From Thermoplasmata archaeon (lineage in GTDB: Archaea > Thermoplasmatota > Thermoplasmata > Lutacidiplasmatales > UBA184): a DNA stretch of 64,000 nt. The position numbers were made by a program, and so were the translations under genes. A model generated the notes under the pieces. The model was not told where the DNA came from, did not search any database, and was given only the letters and a program-made list of their open reading frames with translations. The stretch is from positions 16,807 to 80,806 of the forward strand of contig JAJYXQ010000023.1 in the NCBI GenBank assembly GCA_021796385.1, in the 5' to 3' direction. Shown here one piece after another: positions 27,635-38,104 of this stretch (positions are counted from its first letter, which is position 1; each line of letters begins with the position of its first letter).

Positions 27635-30316
27635 CTATGCTGTGAAGCCCGACGGGAAGGCCAGCACCGTACCCCCCGCCGTCACCAAGACGTATCCACT
27701 GTCGGTGGGAGAAGCCCAGAGGGCCACAACGTCCGTGCTACCGCCGGCGCCGTAGAACTTGGTGCTGAAAGCGAACACCCCAGCATCCTGTGCGGCCAGT
27801 GTGTAGCCAACGTTGTTGGGACCGGCGGCCATCCCGATGACGTAGTGTCCCGCCTTCAGGCTGATGTGCAGCCCAGGCACGGACCCGTAGTAGTGGGCGT
27901 CCCCGAAGGTGAAGATCCCACCATCCTCCGCAACGAGCCAGTACCCATGGCCGTCCGAGGTTGCCGCCATCCCGACGATGGGCATGTTCAAGTGGTGGCC
28001 TCCCATCGATCCGTAGAAGTGGGCGTCCCCGAAGGCGAAGATCCCACCGTCCGCGGCAACAAGCCAGTATCCCCTGCCGTCGGGTGTCGAAGTTATGCCC
28101 ACGATCGGGGCGTTCAGGCGTTGGCCGCCCATGCTCCCGTAGAACTCGACGGCCCCGAAGCTGAACACGCCTCCGTCCGCCCCCACCATCCAGTAGCCGG
28201 TCCCGGTCGGGTTCGCGGCCATCCCAACGATCGGCGCGTTGAGGTACTTCCCGCCCATGGATCCATAATACTTGGCCCCGGCCTCGGTGAAGATCCCGCC
28301 ATCCGTCCCGACCATCCAGTAGCCGGGTCCCGCCCCATCCCGCGCGGTTCCCGAGATGCACCCATTGATCTTTGGGTTCTCTGGGCAACCGATCTTCAGG
28401 AGGTTCAGGGTGAGGGTTCCAATCAAGGAACTCACCAGGACCTTGCTCGAGGCTGAGGGGTACCACAGGGAGAGCCCACCCATTACTGTCCAACTCCCGA
28501 AGACGTATCCGACCCCCTTGGGGAGGACCGGGGTCACGGAGAGGATGGTGTTGTCGGGATAGGCTATGACCTGGCCGTTAGCCACGGCTCGGCCGTTCAC
28601 CTCGATACCGACGGTGGGGATCGCGGGAGAGACCTTGAAGGTCGTTCCGCTCGGGGTCGGGTCCGAGCTCTTGATGTGGAGCACGTAGTAGACCCCTCCG
28701 AACCCGTTGATGGCGTCGATGGCAGGCTGGTCCCAAGCGGAGGCCGTATGCGAGGCCAGGAGCGCCGTGGTCGGGGAGAAGGTCCCATCAGCGGCGGTGG
28801 TCCCGACGATGATCTCGATGTGATCCCCATTGCCAAAGACCAGCATATCCCCCAGCTGGACCTGCGCCCAGTTGGTCCCCTCGTTCACACCATCATCCTT
28901 GTTCTCGAGCTGGGTCACAAGGTCGGGAACGTTCAGGACCCCGTAGATGTGCGAAGTGCCGGCAAAGTCGGACCCGAGGTAGAGTCCCCCGCCAGAGAAC
29001 CCGTCCCCAAAGTCGGTACCGATCGCTGCACTCACAAAGTGGGCACAGTCGACACCATGATTGAGCGCGGTTCCCGCCGGGTTCCCGAAGGAACTGAGCG
29101 GCTGGTCCGGGCCCCATTGGCACTCGTAGTTGTACCCGCCGTTGCTGGATTCCCATGCTTGGCTATCCCAGACGCACTGGGAGGCGCCTGCACCACTGAT
29201 CGCGTTCGGGGCCCCGTTGTTGTTGGCGCTGAAGGTCTCCGAGTCTGCGTAGAAGTAGCCATCCGGGACGACCTGGTTGTAGTAGTGTTGGGCGAAGGAT
29301 ACCACCGCGGCCCGGTTGTAGCTGATGCCCGTCCCACCCGCCGTGACCGCCGAAGGTGTCGTGCAACCGCCATTCGCTCCGACGGTTGCGGCGCTCTGGA
29401 CGGCGGCGACTGAGCCGAAGATCGAGGTCACCGCGCTCTCGATGTCAGAGGCGTAGGCGGCTTCCGTAGAACCGGGCCTGAACATCGCGAAGGTTCCACC
29501 GGACCAGGTTGCGATGTTACATGTGTTCTGAATAGACGAGCCATGCCATTGATTTTCGTAGATGGCCCCAAGGTTCTGCGAGATGTAATGGGTGAGCCCT
29601 ACCGGCCCCGTCGTGGCGGCCTGCAACGAATCTAAGGCCTGCGCTTCTGAGTCTGGATTCGTCCCGACTCCGCCAGGAGCCACATTGAAGTCCGTCATAT
29701 CGTACGCTCGATCCGAGGGGTTGTAGCACCGCCAACCATAGCCTGAGATGGACTCCGCCTCGACACCGTTGGGAGGAGCCCAGTAGTTGGATTGACTATA
29801 GCCCCCGGGCCCCCCAGGGGTGGAGCTCCACCAGTTGAAGCAGTTCTGCCCGCTGTTGACGTCCCCTGCACCGGGGCCCGGGAACTGCGCGTATTGACAC
29901 TGACTGCACTCAACCCCCTGCATCTGGGCGAAGATGTACTCCCAGGGGAATCCATACTCTTGCCCGATGGTCTCGGAACCTTGGATCACGATCCCGAGAA
30001 AAGCGTCATTGGTAAGGAAGCTGCTTCCGCTTGATCCCGAGAGCTCGTTCTGGAGGCAGGAGAAGAGCGCCGAGCTCATCGCGGGATTACAGCCACTGCT
30101 GGCAATGCTTGCGGAAGTTTTCGATGTGCCTCCGGACACGCTCATGTTGGATTGTTCGCCGAGTCCCCCCTCCAAGTGGGTGGAGGGGACTCCCGTCCCG
30201 AGGAGGAGACCCGCCGACACCACACCGGCGAGGGATGCCCCAAGCATGGCGAGGACTCCGAACAGGGCAAAGGAATAACCCCGTGCTTTCACGGGCACAC
30301 CTCCACTTCCACCCAA
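27635..30316 (-). CDS. secreted NlpC/P60-CHAP-like cysteine peptidase/amidase domain protein with six C-terminal tandem about 39-aa repeats (predicted beta-propeller)
   Basis: Signal peptide KARGYSFALFGVLAMLGASLAGVV. Cys motif GVDCAHFVSAAIG and His motif GDHIEIIVG. Repeats GYW(M/L)V..DGG(I/V)F.FGDA.(F/Y)YGS(M)GG x6. Confidence 0.75.
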   Translation of the reverse strand: MGGSGGVPVKARGYSFALFGVLAMLGASLAGVVSAGLLLGTGVPSTHLEGGLGEQSNMSVSGGTSKTSASIASSGCNPAMSSALFSCLQNELSGSSGSSFLTNDAFLGIVIQGSETIGQEYGFPWEYIFAQMQGVECSQCQYAQFPGPGAGDVNSGQNCFNWWSSTPGGPGGYSQSNYWAPPNGVEAESISGYGWRCYNPSDRAYDMTDFNVAPGGVGTNPDSEAQALDSLQAATTGPVGLTHYISQNLGAIYENQWHGSSIQNTCNIATWSGGTFAMFRPGSTEAAYASDIESAVTSIFGSVAAVQSAATVGANGGCTTPSAVTAGGTGISYNRAAVVSFAQHYYNQVVPDGYFYADSETFSANNNGAPNAISGAGASQCVWDSQAWESSNGGYNYECQWGPDQPLSSFGNPAGTALNHGVDCAHFVSAAIGTDFGDGFSGGGLYLGSDFAGTSHIYGVLNVPDLVTQLENKDDGVNEGTNWAQVQLGDMLVFGNGDHIEIIVGTTAADGTFSPTTALLASHTASAWDQPAIDAINGFGGVYYVLHIKSSDPTPSGTTFKVSPAIPTVGIEVNGRAVANGQVIAYPDNTILSVTPVLPKGVGYVFGSWTVMGGLSLWYPSASSKVLVSSLIGTLTLNLLKIGCPENPKINGCISGTARDGAGPGYWMVGTDGGIFTEAGAKYYGSMGGKYLNAPIVGMAANPTGTGYWMVGADGGVFSFGAVEFYGSMGGQRLNAPIVGITSTPDGRGYWLVAADGGIFAFGDAHFYGSMGGHHLNMPIVGMAATSDGHGYWLVAEDGGIFTFGDAHYYGSVPGLHISLKAGHYVIGMAAGPNNVGYTLAAQDAGVFAFSTKFYGAGGSTDVVALWASPTDSGYVLVTAGGTVLAFPSGFTA

Positions 30317-30534
30317 TTCCCCCCTGGGAGACAGGTGAGCACCATCACCGGAAGGTGAAGGGACATCCTCCGCTTGGCCATGGCGATCCTTTCGCTTATC
30401 TTCGAGCTCTTTGGGTGTGTCGGTTTCGCTGACATGCCGGTAGCATCCGGGGGCCTGCTATTTGAACCTCCGCGCTACATGTGACACTCTAGTGACCCCT
30501 GTGACGGTGCGGCGAGGGATCCTATCCCTTCGGT

Positions 30535-33507
30535 TCAGCGGCGGAGGTGCTCCTCGCCCATCTGGGTCAAGAGGTAGACTTTCAGTTTGCGGGGCGAACC
30601 CCGAACGAAACGAGTTCGTCCTGTGATCAGGCCGCGTTTTTCCAAGCGCCGGAGGGCCACGCTGAACTGGTTGCGAGGGATCCCAAGACCGGCCGCAATC
30701 CCCTTTTGGGTCAAGGACAAGGGGGCCATTTCATTGGCCCCCAGGGTGGAGCTCAGCCCCCCTTGCCCAAAGAGGTGATGCAAGATCCGTAGGGATACGG
30801 CCTGCTTGGCCCCTCCTTGTACCGAAGCCTCCGTTGGTCCTGGGGTGCGGGCTTCGGAAAGGACTGGCGCCAGACCGGGTTCGTATACCCCACAGCTCCG
30901 AAGGATCCTTTCCGCCATGGAACGTACGGCAGCCGCCCTTTCCGAGACCCCGAAAGAACGTTCCCAATCGGCGAGGGCCAACAGGGCCTCCCCCTCTCGG
31001 TACCTCATGCCTCTCTGGCGTGCCTCGGCCAGGGCCCGATCGAGCGCCATTCGCGCCTCGACGGAGCGGTTGAGAGCCATGAGCGCCTTCCCTTTGACCA
31101 CCAGCAACTCCGAAATCCCCCCTTGGGGGATATGCGGGGACTCGAGCGCCGTCAACTCTTCTACCGCGCGTTCGTGCTCCCCCATCATGGCCCGCGCCTG
31201 CGCCATGTCGAGGCGCAACCCCAACGCTTCTTCCGAAGTGCAGTGGCGTTCCACGATCGCCTTGGCCTTTTCGAAGCACTGCATCGCTAGGGTGGGCTGA
31301 CCTCGCCTCATCAGGACGGCTCCGAGGTACTGCATAGCCATGGCGGTCTCGCGGGGGAGACCGAAGGTCTCCGCTACGTGAAGGCCCTTCCGTGCGGCCA
31401 CTTCGGCCCCCGCCAGATCCCCGCGATGCATCTTGGCTCCGCTAAGGTTTGTGAGCGATATCGAGTGACCCCCTTGCTTACCTTGCCTACCGCTGGCTTC
31501 GGCTGCGGCCTCGTAGAGTGCCTCGGCTCGGGGGAGGTCCCCGCAGAGCGAACTCACGGCAGCCTCGAAGGAGAAGAGGATGAGCTCGAGCCCCCAATGA
31601 CGTCCCTCTTGGGCGGCACTCCGGGCGTCCGCAAGGTAGCGTCGGGCCTCTTCCCAATGACAGGAATCCATGGCGACCCATCCCAGGTCGTAGAGCGCCA
31701 GCCCACGATAGTACGTGTCCCCTGCGGGAAGCTGCGTGAGCGCTTCCGAAGCCTCCCTTACGGACTTTTCCACCGACCCTTCATAATAGGAGAGCTCGGA
31801 GGACCGAAGGAGTATCCGACCTTCGAGTTCAGGGGTGGCTCCCCCGAGGGTCTTGATCTCTGCCCGGACCAGCTCCAGCTCTTGCCGAGCCTCCTGCAAG
31901 GGTATAACGTTCGTCACGTCCCGTTGTACCTTGATGCTCCAAGACCAAGGGGGCGGGGGATTGAGGTCCAAGAGCTTGACGCTGACCTTGTGGATGAGCT
32001 TCCCATCAGCACCATCCCCCAACAACCTCTCCAGAATGGAGATCCCCCACCGAGCGATAGGCTCAGGTCCCCAGGATCGGCCGGTCAGGAATTCCAACCC
32101 GCGCTCGAACATACGGAACACTCTCTGGTGGGCGTGGTCGCGAAAGGCAAGAGTGATCGCCTCGTCCAGCCAGCGCATCGCCCGTTCCTCTTCTTGCCCG
32201 GCCGAGTAGAGCTGGAATATTCTCTCGGGGTCTGCCGGGTGATGTTGTTCCCACCATCGTGCCAAACGACGGGAAAGTTCGACCTTGGTCGCCTCCGGGG
32301 TGGCGTCCTTGACCGCCTCCCACATCAGGCTGTGCGGAAAGGCATACTCCTGACGTGTCTCTTCCTTCGGGATGATGATTCCCTTCTCTCGGCACAACCG
32401 TACCAATACCCTGTGGACAGGTTCCCTCCCGAGCTCGAGAACTGCCCGTAGAGGTTCTTCCTCGAATTCTTCCCCGACGATGGCAGCGGCCTGCAAAATT
32501 CGAGCTTCTTCAGGAGAGAGCAGGCTTAGCCTCCTTTGGAGAAGGTCGGAGACGGTCTGGGGAATCCCCAGATCCGTTTCGGATGGGTTCCCATGGGATC
32601 CTTCCGGGAGGACCATCTTTCCGGCGACCTGCCGAACTCCTCCGGAATCCTGCAGCTGATGGGCGGTCTCCACAAGGAAGTAGGGGTTCCCCCCCGTCCG
32701 CCGCAGCAGCGAAACGAGGGCACCCCTCACCTTTCCCGTATCGAAGGGAGCCTTCAGGACGCTTTCGAGGAGTTGCCTCGCTTCTTCCCTCTGTAACCCC
32801 GCCAGGGGGATCGTGCGCACCAGGTGTTCCCGTCGGATGTCTTGAAGCACACCCCGGAGAAGAGGGTTGTCCACTTCGTCCTCTCGGAATGCGACGACGA
32901 GGAGGGCGGGCAGACGAGGCATGTTTCGGCCAAGGAAGCGGAGCGCCTGCACCGAGTCCGGGTCAGCCCAATGGAAGTCGTCCAGGAGGATGACGAGGGG
33001 GGCCAACAACGCCTCCCGCTCCAATGTCCAGAGATATTCGAGGAGAAGGGAACCCCGGGAACGGGGTTCGGCTGCCCTTCGATTCGTACGACGCCCGCCC
33101 GGATCCCTAGGTGAGGGGCGGGACCCTTCCCTCCCTCTCCCGGAACCTGCCGAGGGTGGGTGTGGCCTTCGGGGCGGCTTCGCCTCCTCCGGTATCGACA
33201 AGGACGCTGTAGCTTCGGCCCCGGGGGAGTCCTTCGGTCCGGGGAAGACCTGTCTCAGCGGAAAGTAGCGGTCCTCGATCCCCGGTAGACAGTACCCCCA
33301 ACGGGCCTGGACCCGCTGTCGTCCCGCCTCTTCTTCCAACCACCGGAGAAGGGACGTCTTCCCGATCCCCGCGGGCCCGGTGATGAGCACGGTCGCCCCG
33401 CGGCCGCTCTTCGCCTGTTCCAAGCACGCTCTCAGGATCCCGGTCTCTGTACGGCGTCCCACGAAGTGGAATTCCGGGGAAGAGGCCGCGTCCGGGTCAA
33501 GCTTCAC
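30535..33507 (-). CDS. STAND-family P-loop NTPase with TPR repeats and C-terminal winged-helix DNA-binding domain (signal-transduction regulator)
   Basis: Walker A LITGPAGIGKTSLL. Walker B ILLDDFHWAD. Long TPR-like region. C-terminal wHTH LTQKGIAAGLGIPRNQFSVALRRLEKRGLI. Arg/Pro-rich low-complexity insert after the P-loop. Confidence 0.8.
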   Translation of the reverse strand: MKLDPDAASSPEFHFVGRRTETGILRACLEQAKSGRGATVLITGPAGIGKTSLLRWLEEEAGRQRVQARWGYCLPGIEDRYFPLRQVFPGPKDSPGAEATASLSIPEEAKPPRRPHPPSAGSGRGREGSRPSPRDPGGRRTNRRAAEPRSRGSLLLEYLWTLEREALLAPLVILLDDFHWADPDSVQALRFLGRNMPRLPALLVVAFREDEVDNPLLRGVLQDIRREHLVRTIPLAGLQREEARQLLESVLKAPFDTGKVRGALVSLLRRTGGNPYFLVETAHQLQDSGGVRQVAGKMVLPEGSHGNPSETDLGIPQTVSDLLQRRLSLLSPEEARILQAAAIVGEEFEEEPLRAVLELGREPVHRVLVRLCREKGIIIPKEETRQEYAFPHSLMWEAVKDATPEATKVELSRRLARWWEQHHPADPERIFQLYSAGQEEERAMRWLDEAITLAFRDHAHQRVFRMFERGLEFLTGRSWGPEPIARWGISILERLLGDGADGKLIHKVSVKLLDLNPPPPWSWSIKVQRDVTNVIPLQEARQELELVRAEIKTLGGATPELEGRILLRSSELSYYEGSVEKSVREASEALTQLPAGDTYYRGLALYDLGWVAMDSCHWEEARRYLADARSAAQEGRHWGLELILFSFEAAVSSLCGDLPRAEALYEAAAEASGRQGKQGGHSISLTNLSGAKMHRGDLAGAEVAARKGLHVAETFGLPRETAMAMQYLGAVLMRRGQPTLAMQCFEKAKAIVERHCTSEEALGLRLDMAQARAMMGEHERAVEELTALESPHIPQGGISELLVVKGKALMALNRSVEARMALDRALAEARQRGMRYREGEALLALADWERSFGVSERAAAVRSMAERILRSCGVYEPGLAPVLSEARTPGPTEASVQGGAKQAVSLRILHHLFGQGGLSSTLGANEMAPLSLTQKGIAAGLGIPRNQFSVALRRLEKRGLITGRTRFVRGSPRKLKVYLLTQMGEEHLRR

Positions 33508-34500
33508 GGGAGTTGGGGACCATCACCCGCGGGAAAGTGGGGCGCTGTCCGGCCCAAACCCGGAGAACATGGCCCCAGCAAGGCTGCGAGCGGATTCGGG
33601 CGACCTGGCGAACCCCCTCGAATAGACGGGGCGGCCATCGAACCAGAGGTCGGGCTCACAGCACGCGAGGGTGGGACTCCACCTCGTCGGCACCCGCGAC
33701 CCTCCCCCACGGAGACCTGGATATGGCCGTGCGTTTATCAACCCTGCTAGGCTTCGCAGGGTGACCAACGAACGCACCTCGGTGTCTTGTGCACGGGGGT
33801 CAACCCCTAGTGCGGCTCAGACAGAGTAACATGGATGGAGAAACACCGTGAGCGACCCGCTCGCGGACAAAGTCGTGTTCGCAGTAACGCGCGTGAACTG
33901 GGACAACTTGAGGCGCGCTGTGTCCTCCTCGTGCGGAGGTCAGCCGCTTTACCCGATGACGCTCAGAATACCCGGACGAACGGCTTGACGCTAGGGCACT
34001 CGAATCCCTTCGGACGGGGGGGGTGTTGCCCTAGGATGCCCCGTCACCTCGGAAGGGTCCCGCTCCCCACAGCAGCAAGGAAAGGCAGGTCATCGCTCGG
34101 GTCCGAGCCTTCCCAACGCGTCGGCAAATACTCATCTGAACGGTGAAAGAGGGGCGGACCGACCCTCTTTACAGCTGATCTAAAGGTCTTGCGATGGGAA
34201 GCTGTTAAGACGGCGACCATCTCCGAACATCGTCGTGAATACGGAGTTCGGTCGTGTTCCTGACCAAAGGGAGGCATGCTTCCCTTCGGATGAGCGTGGG
34301 ACCGGGAAGTCTCCCGATGCGCCGGAATACGTTATAAGTCAGTACCATGGGAGGTCGTTCAGGAGCCTCTCTCACCTCCCGGAGCCATCTGAAGTGAAAG
34401 CACCTTGGATTTCCACCGACCGCTCCGCGCGGTCTCTCCCAGAAGGGCTTGTGATCTACCTCCGCTCAAGGGCCAGGGACACTTCGGCCCGAGGGGGTTC

Positions 34501-37500
34501 ATGAAGGCCGTTGCGAACCCGCCGTCCCGCTCGCGGCGGTCCGACCCTCGGCCGGCCTTCGAAAGACTCGGGAGGAGCGTGGTCCGACATCCCTGGCGTT
34601 ACCTCGGGTTCTGGCTCGTGCTCATGCTGATCTCTCTCCCTGCGGTGGCGAGTCTCGGGTCGGTCTTCTCGAACTCCATGTCCGCCTCGCTGCCGAACTC
34701 GGACACGAGCGTGGTCGCCCAGCAGAAGTTCTCTGCGGAGTTCCCGAACGTCACCCAGCCCCCTTCCTCCTCCACGGTGCTCCTCGTGGGGAACGATATC
34801 ACAGGACCGGTGGGTCAGAACGCCACCCTGGCGGTCATCCACTCCATCGAGGGTGACCCCCAGGTGCGGTACCTGGGAGGAATGGAGTCCCTCTACTCGG
34901 TCTATGGGGAGTACCTCGGGGGCGAGGCCGATCTCGGGCTCGGAGTGCTCGAAGGTGCGCTCGGGTCGACCCCTTCGCTACCCGCTTCGCTCAACTTGAC
35001 GGCGATGATTGTCTGGGGGCCCTCGGCGACCTATGTCCGATCGTGGGAGGTGGCCGTAGCGGGCCTCCCTGCCGGGTCCCCTCCCTCTGATGCAAACTGG
35101 CCTGCGTACGAGTCGGCAATGCGCGCGTTGAATGCAAGCGCCGTCGAGGAGCAGATCCTCACGACGTTCTACAACGGGACGCCTTCGGTGCCCGGCTTCA
35201 ACGCCACCGTCACCCCGGTTTGTCTGACCTCCCACAACGTCACCCCGTGCGCCGATGTTGCGACGAGGACGACGTTTTCGACACTCCTGCCCACCCTGTT
35301 CCCCAATGCCACGGAGCGAGCCCTTCCCCAACTCATCGTAACTGATCTCGTCATCGAGAACATGACCTCTTGGGGGGCCCTCCAAGGGATCGGGGCGACC
35401 CTGCTCGGGGAGGAGACGGGACTGCCCTCCGCCTTCCTGTTGCGCCTCTGGACGGACTTCCCCAATGGGACAGCGTCCCAGGCCGCGATCATGGCTTGGA
35501 GTGCCGGGATCGCCGAAGGGACACCCGTGGCGGATTGGCCGCTCCCCGCACCCCGGTCGATCCTTTCCGGTTTTGTCAGCCCGGGCAACAACGCGACCCT
35601 CCTACTCGTGGCCTTCACCAAGCCCGACAACTTCACGGAAGGAGGGCAGACCCCTATTTTCCAGGATGTCAGTCGGATCAACACCGACGGCCCCGCGGCA
35701 CTCGCCTCTTCCCCCGCCTACGATGGGATCGCGTTCTACCAGACAGGCTCGGCACCCTTGGACGATGCGGTAAGCTACGAGGCCACTTCGACGTTGGGCC
35801 TCCTCCTCGTCCTGACGATCGCACTCCTCGTCGTGATCATGATGATCTACTTCCGGGCCCCGGCCGCCCCGGGAGTGACCTTCCTTGCCATCGGGGTCGC
35901 GATGCTCGTGACGCTCGCCGGACTCTACCTCGTGGGCAGGTACGTGACGACCATCTCCTCACTGCTCGAGTCGATCCTATTGGTCTTCCTCATGGCCATC
36001 GTGACGGACTACTCGATCTTCATGATGGCCCGCTATCGGGAGGAGCTCGTCCGGGGGCGCACCTCCTCCGAAGCCCTGGTCCTGGCCGTGCGCTGGGCGG
36101 GCCAGAGCATCACCACGAGCGGGCTCACGGTCTTCGTGGTGGCGATCGCCCTCACCTTCTCGGGGTTGAGCTTCCTGAGCCAGCTCGGCATGGCGCTCGC
36201 GATCGCCGTCGTCGTGGCGATCCTCGCGGGACTGACTGTGATCCCCGCCGTCCTCCGGCTGGTCGGCCCCCGCGTCTTCTGGCCCTACACCGGGGATCGC
36301 TTCGCACGCCACGCGAAGCAGCGGCGACACCACATCCGTTCCGGGCGGACCTACTTCAGCTGGGCCGGTCGCACCGCGACGCGCCACCCGATTGCCATCC
36401 TCCTGGTCATCGCCCTCCTCTCAGTGCCCATCGTCTTTGTTGCGGTGAACGTACCGGTCTCCTACGACCTCACGAACACCGGCCTCCCCTCATCCGACGC
36501 CGCCCAGAAGGGACTGACCGTGTTCGAACAGCAGTTCGGTCAGTCCTCCCTGTCCTCGAGCTATGTGCTCGTCACCTTCTCGGCTCCGCTCATCACCGGG
36601 GGAATGGTGGACGCCCAGGAGTTCGAGGAGGTGGCTTCGCTCACCGGGCTCATGAACTCGACACCCGGCATCTCGCAGGTTGGTTCCCTAGTCGGCCCCG
36701 GAGGAGGACCCCTTTCCGCGTGGCTCAACCTCTCCTCGCTTCCCATCGCCTCTCGGACGGCCCTCCTGATGGAAGTGCCGTCCTACATCGGCGTTGATGG
36801 GAAGACCGTCCAATTCCTGGTGGTGACGGCCGGTAGTGGCTACTCGGCGGCCGCCAGCACCACCTTCGGGACCCTGGAGGACAAGGTCCGGTCCTTCCAG
36901 TCGGGGCATCCCGATGTCTCCGCGGTGTATTTTGGGGGAGCCGCCCCGACCACCGCAGACTACCAAACCCTTACCAACAACGCCATGACCGGGATGCTGC
37001 TTGGAGCGGTGATCGGGATCTTCGTAGTACTTCTCGTGATCCTGGGCGCCGCGTTCGTACCGGTGCTCGCCCTCGGGGCGATCGGGCTCTCGATCGTCTG
37101 GTCGTGGGCCCTCGTCTATTACGTGGTAGGGGTTTTGGAGGGGGTCTCGCTCCTGTTCTTCCTCCCCTTGATCCTCATCGTACTCGTCCTCGGCCTCGGG
37201 ATGGATTACAATGCCCTGTTCCTCACCCGTGTCAAGGAGGAGCGGCTCAAGGGTTACACCCCCATCCGGGCGGTGCGGAGGGCAGTGACCCACGCTGGGG
37301 GAGTGATCACGGCTGCGGCGGTCATTTTGGGCGGTCCCTTCCTCATCCTGGGCCTCACGAGCTCGCTCGGGCTCGTCGCCGCGATTGGGCTTGGGATCGG
37401 CCTGGCCACCCTGCTCCAAGCGTTCGTCGCTCAGACCTATCTCACCCCTGCCATCCTTTCGGTGGGGAAGGACCGGATCTGGTGGGGCTTCGGGAAGCGG

Positions 37501-37554
37501 AAGACCGCGGTTCCCGACCCGAAGCCAGCCCTGACCACTCAGGACAAGGACTGA
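34501..37554 (+). CDS. MMPL/RND-superfamily membrane transporter (two SSD-like 6-TM bundles with large extracytoplasmic loops); longest ORF starts at 34405
   Basis: MKAVANPP...RLGRSVVRHPWRYLGFWLVLMLISL N-terminus typical of MMPL. Two repeats of large loop + 5-6 TM cluster. 1017-1049 aa. Confidence 0.8.
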   Translation: MKAVANPPSRSRRSDPRPAFERLGRSVVRHPWRYLGFWLVLMLISLPAVASLGSVFSNSMSASLPNSDTSVVAQQKFSAEFPNVTQPPSSSTVLLVGNDITGPVGQNATLAVIHSIEGDPQVRYLGGMESLYSVYGEYLGGEADLGLGVLEGALGSTPSLPASLNLTAMIVWGPSATYVRSWEVAVAGLPAGSPPSDANWPAYESAMRALNASAVEEQILTTFYNGTPSVPGFNATVTPVCLTSHNVTPCADVATRTTFSTLLPTLFPNATERALPQLIVTDLVIENMTSWGALQGIGATLLGEETGLPSAFLLRLWTDFPNGTASQAAIMAWSAGIAEGTPVADWPLPAPRSILSGFVSPGNNATLLLVAFTKPDNFTEGGQTPIFQDVSRINTDGPAALASSPAYDGIAFYQTGSAPLDDAVSYEATSTLGLLLVLTIALLVVIMMIYFRAPAAPGVTFLAIGVAMLVTLAGLYLVGRYVTTISSLLESILLVFLMAIVTDYSIFMMARYREELVRGRTSSEALVLAVRWAGQSITTSGLTVFVVAIALTFSGLSFLSQLGMALAIAVVVAILAGLTVIPAVLRLVGPRVFWPYTGDRFARHAKQRRHHIRSGRTYFSWAGRTATRHPIAILLVIALLSVPIVFVAVNVPVSYDLTNTGLPSSDAAQKGLTVFEQQFGQSSLSSSYVLVTFSAPLITGGMVDAQEFEEVASLTGLMNSTPGISQVGSLVGPGGGPLSAWLNLSSLPIASRTALLMEVPSYIGVDGKTVQFLVVTAGSGYSAAASTTFGTLEDKVRSFQSGHPDVSAVYFGGAAPTTADYQTLTNNAMTGMLLGAVIGIFVVLLVILGAAFVPVLALGAIGLSIVWSWALVYYVVGVLEGVSLLFFLPLILIVLVLGLGMDYNALFLTRVKEERLKGYTPIRAVRRAVTHAGGVITAAAVILGGPFLILGLTSSLGLVAAIGLGIGLATLLQAFVAQTYLTPAILSVGKDRIWWGFGKRKTAVPDPKPALTTQDKD

Positions 37555-37950
37555 ACCAGTTCTCCCATACCTAGACATTGGTGACAAGCACCGATGACAC
37601 GGGATTCCGGATTCATAGGACCGCACCTGACATTACCAGCATGGACCTCGTTCCTCCACCAGCGGTTATCCTCTCCGCCGAATTGGCGGCGAGCCTCATC
37701 CTAGGATGCGGATGATCACAGGACCCGTCGGTTCGTTGGTTGTACGCGCGGGTCGCGCAACCGGATACCCCCATCGGTCCATTCCCCGTCGGGCGTGGAC
37801 TTCATTCTCGGTCATCGCACCGGGCTTGGCCCTCGCCTCGGTACTCGCTATCCCATGGATGAATTCTGACTTGTCTATACTTCTCCCCATTAGCTGCTAA
37901 GCCCCTTCATGGTTGGCATCGGGAACGGGGACCAAGAGGGCATCCGTCCA

Positions 37951-38023
37951 TGGGCTCGGCCGGATTCGAACCGGCGACCTGGTGTGTGTGAGACACCCGT
38001 CATAACCACTAGACCACGAGCCC
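37951..38023 (-). tRNA. tRNA-Val (anticodon CAC), CCA not encoded
   Basis: Minus-strand sequence GGGCTCG-TG-GTCTAGTGGTTATGAC-G-GGTGT-CTCACAC-ACACC-AGGTC-GCCGG-TTCGAAT-CCGGC-CGAGCCC-A. 7-bp acceptor stem, GGTTCGAATCC T-arm, 7-nt anticodon loop with CAC. Confidence 0.85.
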
Positions 38024-38104
38024 TTGGCGGACCGACTGCTCTCCCTTCTTCGACCGATCCCACCCAACCCCGGAAAGGGGATGCTCCGGCGAAAGAAGGG
38101 TCGG

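Noticed and set aside
33900-34150. Possible RNase P RNA or SRP RNA in the long intergenic region
   Set aside because: Segments such as AGCAAGGAAAGGCAGG only loosely resemble the P4 (GGAAAGUCCGGGCUCC) or SRP domain-IV consensus. The match is not convincing without covariance search.
35370-36797. 475-aa ORF in an alternative frame inside the MMPL transporter gene
   Set aside because: Same strand but out of frame with a gene showing convincing multi-TM architecture. The translation is Arg/Pro/Gly-rich with no motifs.
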